A stretch of 64,000 nt of DNA from Neoconidiobolus thromboides FSU 785 (lineage: Eukaryota > Fungi > Entomophthoromycota): the NCBI GenBank assembly GCA_025603075.1, contig MU626280.1:1-64000 (forward strand), written 5' to 3'. Within the stretch, counting starts at the first letter, position 1; each line of letters opens with the position of its first letter. The translations under genes were made by a program, and so were the position numbers. Shown here piece by piece: positions 37,938-49,857 of this stretch. The notes below the pieces were generated by a model. That model was not told where the DNA came from, did no database searches, and worked only from the letters and a program-made list of their open reading frames with translations.

Positions 37938-38513
37938 ATATCCTATATCTCGTTTAAAAAAATTCGCACATTTCCTCATAAATATAGTTATAATTGATTT
38001 TGTTTAGTTTAATCAAAAAGATACATTCAGATTTATTACAGACTTCCTAGTACTAAATCATGTAAAAGGAATAATACAAAAGTATTAACTTTGACTTCTT
38101 ATCTTATCTTAAATTGATAAGTGTATATATGTATATTTGATGTTCAATTATAAAGCAATTTATCATTTACTCCTTGTTTTTGCTTTTCAATGAAATTAAT
38201 GGCTCTAAAGTAATTACGCTGTCATGTGTGTCAATTTCTAAAGAATCAAATAGGTTACGAATATCTTGAAGCGTTACATACTAGCTGTTTTACGGCTAGC
38301 AAAGAAATAATGAGTATATTTGAACTAATTTGTTCATAGAGTCAGATAACTACCAGTAGGTCCTTACTGATTAGAAATGTACTTGGTGTTTTTGTCTTGT
38401 TAAAAAGCACATTATCAGTTGGTATCAAGGATAAAACAATTATACCATAATAATAAATATAACTCGAATTTAACACACGAAAGCAGGAAACTACTTTTCC
38501 ATATTTACTAAAC

Positions 38514-38612
38514 GGGAGTGTTTTTTTTAACTTCATTATTTTTTCCATTTTTTAAGCGCTATTTAAGCGGAAAAATTGTTAATAAAATTCTTAAACACAA
38601 AAATACATCCCC
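38514..38612 (-). mobile_element. MITE copy
   Basis: AAAC direct repeat on both sides. Confidence 0.9.
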
Positions 38613-38773
38613 AAACCTAGATCTTAGTTTTTCTTCTAACCCTTTTATATTATATCTTACTCAGATATTGGATAATGTTAATCAAATAATATTTTCAAAC
38701 TCATGTCATACTTTAAATGATTCACTATTAGAATCACTATACCCTCATCTTTTTTTCAACACAAGCTCTATAT

Positions 38774-38870
38774 GGGGATGTGTTTTTATATTTAAGAATT
38801 TTACTAACAATTTTTCCACTCAAATAGCGCTTAAAGATGGAAAAAGCAGCAAAGTCAAAAAAATGTCCCC
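38774..38870 (+). mobile_element. MITE copy
   Basis: ATAT TSD. Confidence 0.9.
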
Positions 38871-39214
38871 ATATCTTCTGTTAAAAATTCAATTTCTAGC
38901 TGAAAATATCCTTTAATTCTTATAAAAGTATAAAATTAGTATTCAAGAACATTGTTTGTATAGAATAAACTCCTCTATATCATTTGATTCAAATATTTCT
39001 GCTTTTTTTTAAATGTTTGAAACCTCAATGTTAAAAAATATGTTATTACCTCATATTCTAATCCTGTTCTATAAATTCCATAGTACTTGTCTGAGATGTT
39101 TAATCCCAATATAAATGCTTATAAAAATAAACATTTATATTGGTTTAATTTGATTATAATAAAAATTTTAATAGATAACGTTTTAATTTGATTTTTATCA
39201 TAACTAATATATAT

Positions 39215-39312
39215 GGGGATGTATTTTTGCGTTTAAGGATTTTACTAATAGTCTTTCGACCCAAACAGTACTTAAAAGATGGAAAAAGTAATGAAATTAA
39301 AAAGACATCCCC
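39215..39312 (+). mobile_element. MITE copy
   Basis: ATAT TSD. Confidence 0.9.
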
Positions 39313-39401
39313 ATATATTTAGCTCTTATTTATTTTCGTTTTTTATTTCATATATATTTATAAAATTATTTGATATAGTTTTTTTTAAAATTAATATATA
39401 T

Positions 39402-39498
39402 GGGGATGTATTTTATTATTTGAGAGTTTAATAACAATTTTCCAACTCAAATAGTGCTTAAAAATGGAAAAAGTAATGAAACCAAAAAGAACATCCCC
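39402..39498 (+). mobile_element. MITE copy
   Basis: ATAT TSD. Confidence 0.9.
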
Positions 39499-39823
39499 AT
39501 ATGTAAATAATAAGTTACAAGTAGTGATTCTCATTAATTTTTATATTTTAAAATACCTATATATAAAGTTTTAATATAAACACAAATCTTGGACTTTTTT
39601 AAGAGACTAGAAGAACATTTTAGACTATTTTGCTTTAATATTAATAATATCAATGTTTTTGATCTTATTAATATAAAACTCAAAAATAGTAAAAAACAAA
39701 TCATTAAACTATATATTAATATTTTTCTTTTATTTGTTTTTAAAAAAAAACTATACTGCTTTAAAAATGACTATAAAGCTTTAAGCATCTTGTATATATA
39801 ACTTAAAATAAAAAACAAGATAT

Positions 39824-39922
39824 GGGGATGTATTTTTATGTTTAAGAATTTTACTAACAAATTTTCCGCTTGAATAGCGCTTAAAAGGTGGAAAAAGTAA
39901 TGAAATCAAAAAAATCATCGCC
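39824..39922 (+). mobile_element. MITE copy
   Basis: ATAT TSD; abuts the next copy. Confidence 0.9.
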
Positions 39923-39926
39923 ATAT

Positions 39927-40024
39927 GAAGGTGTTTTTTTAGTTTCATCACCTTTTCCATTTTTAAGCGCTATTTGAGTGAAAAAATTATTTAGTAAAAT
40001 TCTTAAACGAAAAAATACACCTCC
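39927..40024 (-). mobile_element. MITE copy sharing the ATAT (39923-39926) with the previous copy
   Basis: Reverse orientation, flanks ATAT/ATGT. Confidence 0.88.
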
Positions 40025-40187
40025 ATGTAATATCTAATTTAAGCTTTATGAACTTATTAAAAATAATTAAATAAAGAGCTTATTTCTATAGTTAAATTCT
40101 TTATAACAAATGGATTTAAGTTTAATTAGCTTATATAAACAAACAGTAAAAATATATCTTTATCTGTTAAAAAGCTATTTAATATTT

Positions 40188-40285
40188 GGGAATATATTTT
40201 TATGGTTAAGAATTTTATTAACAATTTTTCCACTCAGATAGTGCTTAAAACACGAAAAAAATAACGAACCCAAAAAAACACCTTC
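40188..40285 (+). mobile_element. MITE copy (diverged)
   Basis: Flanks ATTT/ATTC. Confidence 0.8.
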
Positions 40286-41740
40286 ATTCCTTATTTAGTG
40301 CCAATATTTTTTTCTTTTAATTTAAACCTAACTTTGAGTTATAATTTTTATTAGCCTTAATAGATGAGTGACATGAGTTGTATTCATAGTTAAGTTTATT
40401 ATGATCTCAAATACAAAATTATCTGCCTTAATTTTCATTATCTTTTTCCCTTTAACAAATCCCAAAAGAAAAGGTTAAGCAATATAGCATTGTTTTATAC
40501 TCAAATAACATTTAATAAATATCATATTCCTCTGGGGCATCAAAAGCTTCTATATTTAAATTAAATCTGGGTATATGATATCTAATTTTAAGTAAAGTAG
40601 CGACCTAAGGCGCAAGTTTTCTAGGATCATTGTTTTTATTGCTTATTTATGAATATCACTTTTATGCTTTTGACTATAGTACATCAAAGAAAATATTAGT
40701 CGCTTTGACTAGAATTATATTAGTCTCAGTTCTGATTTTTTATAAGGTTATAGATTTAGCATGAAGATTATAGAATCATTGATTTTATTGATTCTTAAGT
40801 TAATTAAGTATCTAGTCTATAAAGTTTAGATTAAATCAACTAAAAATTTATTAACAATTTTAATTAACTTTTTAAATTGTCATATATGCCAAACAAATGT
40901 TATTGTTTTATTAATACTTGAAGTTTATAGCGATAAAGTATAAGTAATAGATTTCACTATGAGAGTTTACTTCTTTCATGTGGTAGTAGATATTGGATCC
41001 GTGATATAATACATCAAAAGCTTTAATAAGCCAAATCAAATGCTCGGATTAATAAATGCTAAATTAACCTCAATTTTTGATTATATTTAAATAAAAGGGA
41101 CATTACAACATTTTTATAATTTCGTAAAAAAGATGAACATTTCAGCTCATTCGTATGACAAAGTTTAATGGCTTTGAAGTATAAAATAATGTATGGTCAA
41201 AATAAAGTAAAATTAATGGTATTTGATAGGGAATAGAGTCTGAGCACTATAATTTTGAGTTTACTAAGTTATTAAGCAAATCCTTAAATCGAGGCAATAG
41301 TTTATTCTTAGTCTTTATTTATTTAATCCTTTTATTCAAACAATAGAAAATGAAGCAAGATGCCATTTTTAAAATTTGATGGTGGAGACTGTTGTTTATG
41401 GCTTGTCAAAGATACCTAACTACCTTTATATCTTTTAGATAATTATTCAAAATTTATATTATTGTTTAAATCAATGATCTTGGACCTTCATAGCTCCTTA
41501 GCAGCTAAAGAAGGTTAAGAATATTTTTGTACAGTAGAGAAGCAATTGAAAAATTGTCTACTTCTTTCTGTATAATATTAATTAAAATCAAATACTTAGA
41601 AGGTGATGAACCTACCTACTCAGGTTATCTTTTTGGCCATCTTAAAGTTCCACGAATAACTTGAATATTCGTCTTTGATACTATTTCAACCAATTATTAG
41701 GATCCAGTTTTAAAGAGCTAGTTTACTCTATTCAAAACAT

Positions 41741-41837
41741 GGGAATGTGTTTTCGTGTTTAAAATTTTACTAACAATCTCTCCACTCAAATAGCACTTAA
41801 AAAATAGAAAAAATAATGAACCCAAAAAAACACTCCC
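41741..41837 (+). mobile_element. MITE copy
   Basis: ACAT direct repeat on both sides. Confidence 0.9.
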
Positions 41838-42070
41838 ACATTTATGATGGGTTTACTACTTTTTTTAAACCTTGAATTCATTTTAAAATAGAATAAAGTA
41901 GTTGAAATACTCACTGGGTCTATCATAAGTCTAACAGTTAAAAGTTTATAATACTTAAACCACTCCGTTCTTTTTTAAAAAGGTCATATTATTTAACTCA
42001 ATAGCTTTGATATATATTATAAATAAATGAGAATAAAAGTGTTTTAACTTTGACATATTAACTTCTTTTA

Positions 42071-45000
42071 TTAATGTTTAATTTTCTTCCATCCAGTGGC
42101 CTCTGTGGAATCTTTATATAACTCAGTCATGGGCCTAAAGAAATTTGTTAAGTAATTTATAAGAAAATTATATTATCTTACCAATAATGATGATTCACTT
42201 TAATTGAAAGCACGTCAGGTGAATTATTGAATGTAACAATGCGCACCCTAGCATATGTATTATCACTTAACGACTTAACTACATTTAAAAAGGCATCTAA
42301 ATCTGGAGTGGGTATATCATTTACAGCTGTTATCCAATTAGTATGATTTAACCCATACATATATGCTGGTGAACCACGATGCCTATCTGCTACATAAACT
42401 TTGGATGGTAAACGTTTTGTTTGTAATAAAACTTCTTTATGAGGTTCTAGAAAGGAATTGTGTTATTTTATACTATATAGTGCTATATTATAATAATACC
42501 ATGAAGTAGAGCTCCAGCCCATGATACTATCCTTCCAATGCCATCACCATGAATAGGTTTTGTTGGCACTTTGAGATTAAGGATATCTTTGCCTCTCAAT
42601 ACAGTCTAAAATAGATAATTAACACATAAATACAATTTACAACAAATTTAACTTACAATTTCTAATTCTTTTTTATAAAATTGAGTATCAAAATCGGATA
42701 CTTTAGTTGGAATCTTATTATCTACAGTAAGTATAAGGTCAAGTTCTTTCAACAACGGTTTCTCTGCTGAAAATTCTGATCTACGAACTTGGAATATTTG
42801 CCTTCTTAATGGGTCTGCTTTTTCATATTTTTCAATCCAATCATCTGTTAATCCCTTATGACGTGCTTGTACTAAATCTACTACTCCAAACTCAATATTA
42901 AGGTAATTCAATTCAGGTGTAATTCCTTTTCTTAGAGGATTTAAAGCGGGTAATAAAATGGATATATCAATGCCAAAATAATATTCGTTATGATAGCCAT
43001 CCGATTTACGGTCTCCTAAAAAGGATAACCATAATCCTTGTAATCTTCCTTCACTATCACTTAATAATCCACTGTGACAACTTAATACGGTGGGTGAATC
43101 CACATTGATGGAATTAAGGTTAATGGCTCTATAACAAGGTATTGAGTCTTCAGGTATAGTAACAAAGCCAACATCGCTAATTGTAGTATGTGTACTAATT
43201 AATCGGAAGTTTTGATTTACTCCTAAAAACTCTACTTTATCACCTAATAAAATATAAGTAATTATACCTCATTATAATCATAAGTATCCAAATTACCTGG
43301 CGTTAATGGAACATCTGAAATAACAGGGGTATGAACTTTTGTATCTCCTAATAACTCAGGGTCATATTGTAACAAAGTAAAATTATGAAATGGATGTAGA
43401 AACAAAACTTTAGCTGGAATTGTAAATGATTCTGCAAAGGTTAAGCTAATATCACCTAAATCATATGGTACACAATTACGTGTAATAACTACAATTCCTT
43501 TTTCTGCATCTAATACCCAGCCTCCTCCTTTACACTATAAATTTAATTTAGATTAGTTTACGCTATTTTGCTTAAAATTAATGTTTACTCTGCTCCTTGG
43601 AAAACCTTCTACTTTACCAGCCAACTGATATGTAACCTTAACAAATGAATTCTTAAGAATACGAGCAGATTTTGAGTCCTGGTTAATATCCGGGAAAGTA
43701 ACAGTTTTTCGGACCAACGGAATGCTAGGTATTGGTTCTTTTAATTTTGTAAACTCCCACTTGCCGTTTGTGTCATTTCTAACCGCTAATTTAAAATCAC
43801 ACCAATGTCTATCAATGCATACAATAGACCAATAGGTAGAATGAACATCCTTAATAAAATAAAACACTACTTGTACTCTCTTTCTATCTGGTATTTTCGA
43901 TACCACTTCAATAAAAGTGTCCAAATCTGGGGTTTCTTGGTCATCCACGCTGGTGACTATGGTACCAAATCCAGGGCCATGTAATTTAAAAGGGCCAGCT
44001 GGGTTCGAGATATAAACCCCTTTACATGGTATACAAAAGGACCTTGCTAATTGATAAGATAAGTCATTGAAAGTGGATCCACAATAAGATAGGTATCTAT
44101 TTGGGGTACTGAAAAACATTAGAATAAATTAAAATAATTGTGATAAAAGAAAAAAATTACATGGCATGCAAATCTTTAACAAGGATATCAAATTCCATTT
44201 CAACACCTCCTCTTTCAATTTTTAAATTAATTTTGTTATTTACATTATCATCTAAGATTCCATCCAAATGTGCAAAATGGGTCAACATAGTACCATTGAC
44301 ACTTAACAATAAATCTCCATTCTCTAATTTGTTATAAGTTGGACCTTCCGGTACTACTAATTCTACTGTGAGCATTCCAATCTCATTTGGAAATAAATCC
44401 CTTAATTTAGCTTCATTAGCATCAGACAAGCCTAATCGATGTGCTTCATCAAAGGGACGATGTAAGAATTGGGTCATTATACTACCCCTAGGAACCGTTT
44501 CACCTCGTTGTATATATTCTAATGCTCTCTTTACACGATCTAATGGAAGAAAGAAATTTGTTGCTGCTTCAGAACGGCCGCCTAAATAACAGTGTTTAAT
44601 ATGCGGTTACTATTCATGTTTATTATTCTACCAGCTTGTAATGCTACAGCATTGCCATTCAAATCTAATACTGGAGAACCGGAACTACCTTATATTTAAA
44701 AAATGAACAAAAATTTGAGATTTTAAATAAAAATAGTTTTACCTCCTGAAGAGTTTGAAGCTGCTTGACTAAATAAATAAATAAATAAATAATAGTCCTA
44801 AGTTATGTAATAAATGTATATATCTTACATATAAAAGGTGTTAAAATCATTGTAAGTAAGTTCTCCGTATTCAGGTGAGTTTCTATTCAATCTAGAAATG
44901 GAACCTGATAAAATACTTAATTTTTCACCAGCGTCATTACCAACTACACGGATATCTAATCCCACTTTAGCCAAGTCTGGACGTAATGGAATACTCTTTA

Positions 45001-45586
45001 ATTTTAGATATTTGACGTCTTTTGGATTAAACCTTAAAAACCTAAAAAAAAATTAGTTTTTAGTTTTATATTAATTCTTTCTTAATACCCAAAATCATGG
45101 ACTGGATCACTAAATAAAACTAATTAATTTTAAAATAATATCATGGTGTTTCTTATATCTTACCGATAAACTGGATAAACATCAATTTCTTCATGATCAT
45201 ATAATATAGCTTCTCCTACAAACGGTCCGCAGCCAATGATATGTCTGTTAGTTAAAATGATTCCATTTTCAGCGTCTACCACAAATCCAGTACCCTCAGA
45301 TTTACAAGGATCTAAAGATTATTAAGTCGATTATAATAATAAAATGACAAAATATCTTACCATCAGTATCAAAGGCATTAACTATAGAAAACCTAATTGA
45401 GGCAATGGACATGATACTTTTTTCAAAATCTAGCTTCCAGTTAAATTCTTGTTTAATCGAATCATCCATAATAGCCTCCTCTTTGTTCATTCGATGATTT
45501 CTTATATTACTTATCTTCTCTAACGGCGTGCTTGCACCGCTTGATAAATTCATTTCTTTACTTAGTGATGCTTTACGTTTACTCAT
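42071..45586 (-). CDS. NMA111: Pro-apoptotic HtrA-family serine protease with PDZ domains (multi-exon)
   Basis: Catalytic triad motifs [14 protein letters not shown] and SGGSSGSPV (spliced); [12 protein letters not shown]-like segment; [13 protein letters not shown]; final exon [21 protein letters not shown]. Confidence 0.94.
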
Positions 45587-46620
45587 ACTCTATAATAGTT
45601 TTGAAGCTGTTTTATTGTTTTCAAAAAAAAATAGATTGACCTATTAGGTTTAAATGAAAAATGAGCGGTGATTGGTTCTTCGAGATATGACGTTTATTAG
45701 AATTTTAGAAGTTGTTTGTAAACTAATAAAAAAAAGTTGAAGATTAGCTTAAAAAAGAGTATATATACTTTAAAACTAACATATCAGAGCATATTATTAA
45801 TGGGTACCAAAAAAGAATACGATTTAAACAGTAGTTTGTAAAGGTACCAATTTCTTTATAGAAGGGGTAAACTATAAAATACTCATTATCTGATCTCTTA
45901 GCAATTATATTAAACTAAATTAATGATGTCATTAAATTCTTTAAAGTATAATTTTATTTTACTTTATTTGCTCTATCAATAAAATACGAAGTCCAAGCTT
46001 TCAATTGATGACAACTAAAAATTCGTATATTCTGGAACACAATAATGATATAAACAATTATTAGAAGTGAAATTCAAACATTACTTTTGTGCCATTTGAA
46101 GTTAATTTAAAATGTTCTTAAAATAAATTTATAACAGTAAAATAATTCAGTGATATCAAATGAACTAAGGTTGTTGAGAAAGTAATCATCTTTCAGTAAC
46201 ATCCAATTAGAGGCTTAAATAAAATACAAGCTACAAACGAAATTATATTCATTTTACAGTTGAACTAAAAAGCAATTTTAATTCCACCAATAATCATTTA
46301 ACCATGAATTCATTGTAGGTCTCTCCTTCTGCTTTAATTTATGTAACCATTCCAATTTACCTGCCAAAATGAAGCCTTAATGAAACAGTTGGTTTTACCA
46401 AATTAAGTAATGAAGCGCCATTTCTAATAACTGAAAATTTACCTTCGATTTCTCTGGTCAAACTTTTACCAATAAAAACCACTCAAATTTTAATAACTCA
46501 TCTTTAAAAGCTTTTGATTAGCCACAGCATTCAAATCCGATACCAAATAATCCTCCAGTTTGAGGAAATTTACTTTACTTTTTTTTTAATTTTAATAAAT
46601 ATTTTTCACTTTTATCCACC

Positions 46621-47184
46621 ATGAAGTTGTTAAACAATTATAAGCTCCTATTACTAGTTATTGTGCTTTTATTGAGTATAATAGGCGCCCAAAAATCGCC
46701 CAAAGACAACGCTACTTCAGCTCAATCTGAAACTTCAACTTCACAACCAAGTTCTCCCCCACCATCTACCCCAAGCTCCAGTTCAGAATCAAAGTCGCAA
46801 GAACCTTCAAGTAAAAGCGAAGAGCCAAGTAGTAAAAGTGAGCCAAATTCGGATAAAAAACCAGACACTACACCAACTGGTAATCCAAATGACAAAAAAC
46901 CAGACGATACTGCAAGTAAAACCGATCTAGTAGTTACCCATTACGAAACTCAATATGAAACATCTTATGTTTCTAAGCCAGGAAATTCAAGTTTTTATCA
47001 ACAAAATCAGGCTGCGATCTTAGGTGGCTCTATCACTGGTGGTATTGTATTGTTGTTGATCTTTGCATTTATCATTTATAAGATTAGACAGTCCAATAGG
47101 AGGTGGGAAGATGAAGAGTATTTAAAGAGTAGTAGTAACCCTTTTAAATCAACGCTAGAACAGTATCATAGCTCAAATAATTAA
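46621..47184 (+). CDS. Type I membrane protein, Mid2/Skg6-like architecture (signal peptide, S/P/T-rich ectodomain, TM, short tail with NPF)
   Basis: 187-aa ORF; TM AAILGGSITGGIVLLLIFAFII; tail RRWEDEE...SSNPFKSTLEQYH. Confidence 0.8.
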   Translation: MKLLNNYKLLLLVIVLLLSIIGAQKSPKDNATSAQSETSTSQPSSPPPSTPSSSSESKSQEPSSKSEEPSSKSEPNSDKKPDTTPTGNPNDKKPDDTASKTDLVVTHYETQYETSYVSKPGNSSFYQQNQAAILGGSITGGIVLLLIFAFIIYKIRQSNRRWEDEEYLKSSSNPFKSTLEQYHSSNN

Positions 47185-47998
47185 ATAATTGGCTTTCTAG
47201 GCCAGGGGGTTTTTTATCATTTTCTAATAATATAATATAATATAATATTTTTATAATAACTCGCTTTTATGCTTAAATAAAATGAACTATTTATAGTCTT
47301 GTTATATAACTAAATACTAAGAGCTTGATGTGAATTTTGTTTTTTTAAATAGAGTAGTTAATTGTTTGTTTTTAATGATAGGCATAAATCTATTAAGTAT
47401 AACTAGTTCCTATATTAGAAACAATGTTAAATTAAAACTATGATATAATACTTTGAACTTTTTATAGTTTTTAAAATAACATGCATGGACACTTAATCAA
47501 AAATAAACCAAATAGACAAGTAACTTAAGTAAAGAATATTTGTTTTTAAGTAAAATGTAAAGGAGATTAGCCTTTATTCAACTCTTAAACCATTATATTT
47601 ATTAAATATATTATATTTGTAAAACATTCTCCATTTATTTAATCAGGTAATAAATTTAAAGGATAATCTGTTCAAAGCTATTAAGAACTGCCTTTTTTCG
47701 ATTCATATTGTTATTTTTTGAATTAATTGAAAAAATCTCTCAAAAAAGACATCTTTAGCTTTATGATAGTATATTTTTTAAATTTTGTTACTATCGCTTT
47801 AATGACAAAAGTTGTAATTATTGAAATAGAAAATATCATGTTTTTTTAAATATACAAAAATTCCAAATAAAGCACCATTGAACTGTCATCCCATCTAGCA
47901 CATGAATAGCTTTTATAAAAAAAAGATAATTCACCGTTCCTGATAACAAGTTAAAATTCTATTTTTCTATTTTCTATATTCAACAGAAAACAAGATTT

Positions 47999-48093
47999 GG
48001 GGATGTACATTTGTATTCAAGAGCTTTACTAACAATTTTTCCGCTCAAGTGCTCGAAAAATGGAAAAAGTAATGAAACTAAAAAAACATCCTC
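47999..48093 (+). mobile_element. MITE copy
   Basis: Termini GGGGATG/CATCCTC; flanks ATTT/AAAT. Confidence 0.88.
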
Positions 48094-48803
48094 AAATTTA
48101 TTAGGTTTTTTTATAGCAATATCTTCTTGTTTTACGCAACTTTTGAATAAAGCTAACCTCTTAATCATTTTTATAATAAACCTGAATCCTCAATCTATCT
48201 GGTAATTCTTGAAATCTCCTTTCTCCCCGAATGCACCATATAATTATTAGAAATCCTATCACGAGTTTCAATAGGGGTTTCTAGCCGATAATGACCATAT
48301 TTTTTACTTTGAATCTTTATTTTATATGGCTATATACTATTGATATTATTGGTCAAAATGAATATTTTTAAGATAAAAGTATAAAATAAAAGCTATTGAG
48401 CCAAAGTATTTATAAATGTCTTAAATAAGGAAATTTATAATGTTATAAAAAGCTTTTATAAAAATATCGTGATTTTTCAAAAACAAGACTTAAATGCTTT
48501 GAAAATTAAAATATAAATAAAAGTTTGTAATATGCTTTGTTTAACAGAGTTTTAAATTATGACCTTTTTTCATTATAATACTAAGTATTGAAGTTTTGTG
48601 TTTTAAAAAAAACTTCTCAAAGTTTTTTAAAACAAAAACAAAACTTAATTATAAAACTATTTATAATTAAATAAAACATAAAAATTAATAAAAATTATTC
48701 AGCTTATTCAAAAAATCTTGTTTTTTTAATACATGTTTTTTATTACTACTACTAATAGTAATAATTTAAAAGTAAGAAATTAAAATAAAGCCAATTAATA
48801 TAT

Positions 48804-48900
48804 GGAGATACATTTTTGTATTTAAGAATTTTACTAATAATTTTTCCACTCAAATAGCACTTAAAAGATGTAGAAAATGACAAAGCCAAAAAACATCCTC
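48804..48900 (+). mobile_element. MITE copy
   Basis: ATAT TSD. Confidence 0.88.
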
Positions 48901-49006
48901 ATATTTAACTTTAAAAATAAGTTTAATTTTTATTATATTTGTTTCTAAAATATTCCTAAATTATCTGTTAAATAGAATATATTTTTATTTAAAACAAGTA
49001 ACAAAT

Positions 49007-49105
49007 GGAGATGTATTTTTGTGTTTAAGAATTTTACTAGGAATTTTTCCGCCCAAATAGCGCTTAAAAAATGGAAAAAACAATGAAGCCAAAAAAAACA
49101 TCCTC
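49007..49105 (+). mobile_element. MITE copy
   Basis: AAAT direct repeat on both sides. Confidence 0.9.
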
Positions 49106-49320
49106 AAATTATGAAAAATTAAATTATCATTCTATTTAATTTATTAGCTTAAATATAGAAATACAAAAAATTGATTTTATCAAAGTTAGTGAAATATTTG
49201 TTTAATATATTAAATTTTATTTTAATATAATATAGGTTATTTTATTTTTTTAGCAAGCAAAATATAAATTAAACTTGTTTTTTATTAGTTTTAAATTTTT
49301 AACGGCTGCAAAAATAAACA

Positions 49321-49412
49321 TGATGTTTTTGATTTTGTCACTTTTTTCATTTTTAAGTGTTATTTAAATCAAAAAGCTATTATCAAAATTCCTAGCACAA
49401 AAACACATCCCC
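49321..49412 (-). mobile_element. MITE copy (one terminus decayed)
   Basis: ...AAACACATCCCC|ATAT. Confidence 0.75.
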
Positions 49413-49857
49413 ATATTTTCATTAAAATTTTGAATAAAAATAAAAACTAAAAACATCATAGTAAAAATATAGTTTGAAGCTATTACCATATATGTTTTTA
49501 TGTTTTGGAAAAGTTTTAAAGCTTAATACTTGTTTAATTTAATAAGATTTTTTAATAGAGATAAAAAAGTATATTTATCTTAATTGATAAGTTAAATGTC
49601 TCTGTTTTTTGTAATCAGTTATAATATTAAAAATAAAACATTTTCAAAATTAATTTTTTTGTCCCTGAAAAGTGATCTGACTTTTAAACTCAGCTGACTT
49701 CATTATCAGCCAATTACTAGCCCTTATTAGTTTCGCGTAAAAATAGTCAATTTTTGAAACAGTAGCTTATTAATACCCAATCACTTTCGTTAAAATAGTC
49801 ATAAATTTCATTAAATAGCTATAAAACCAAGGTTACTTTTTGACATTAGATTCCAAA

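Noticed and set aside
40440-41700. Coding-like relics between MITEs (also 48180-48300)
   Set aside because: Probably decayed TE fragments, but no diagnostic transposase or RT motif could be read with confidence.
3267-49412. MITE copies as a CRISPR-like array
   Set aside because: Dispersed, both orientations, irregular spacing, TIRs and TSDs; eukaryotic context with no cas genes.
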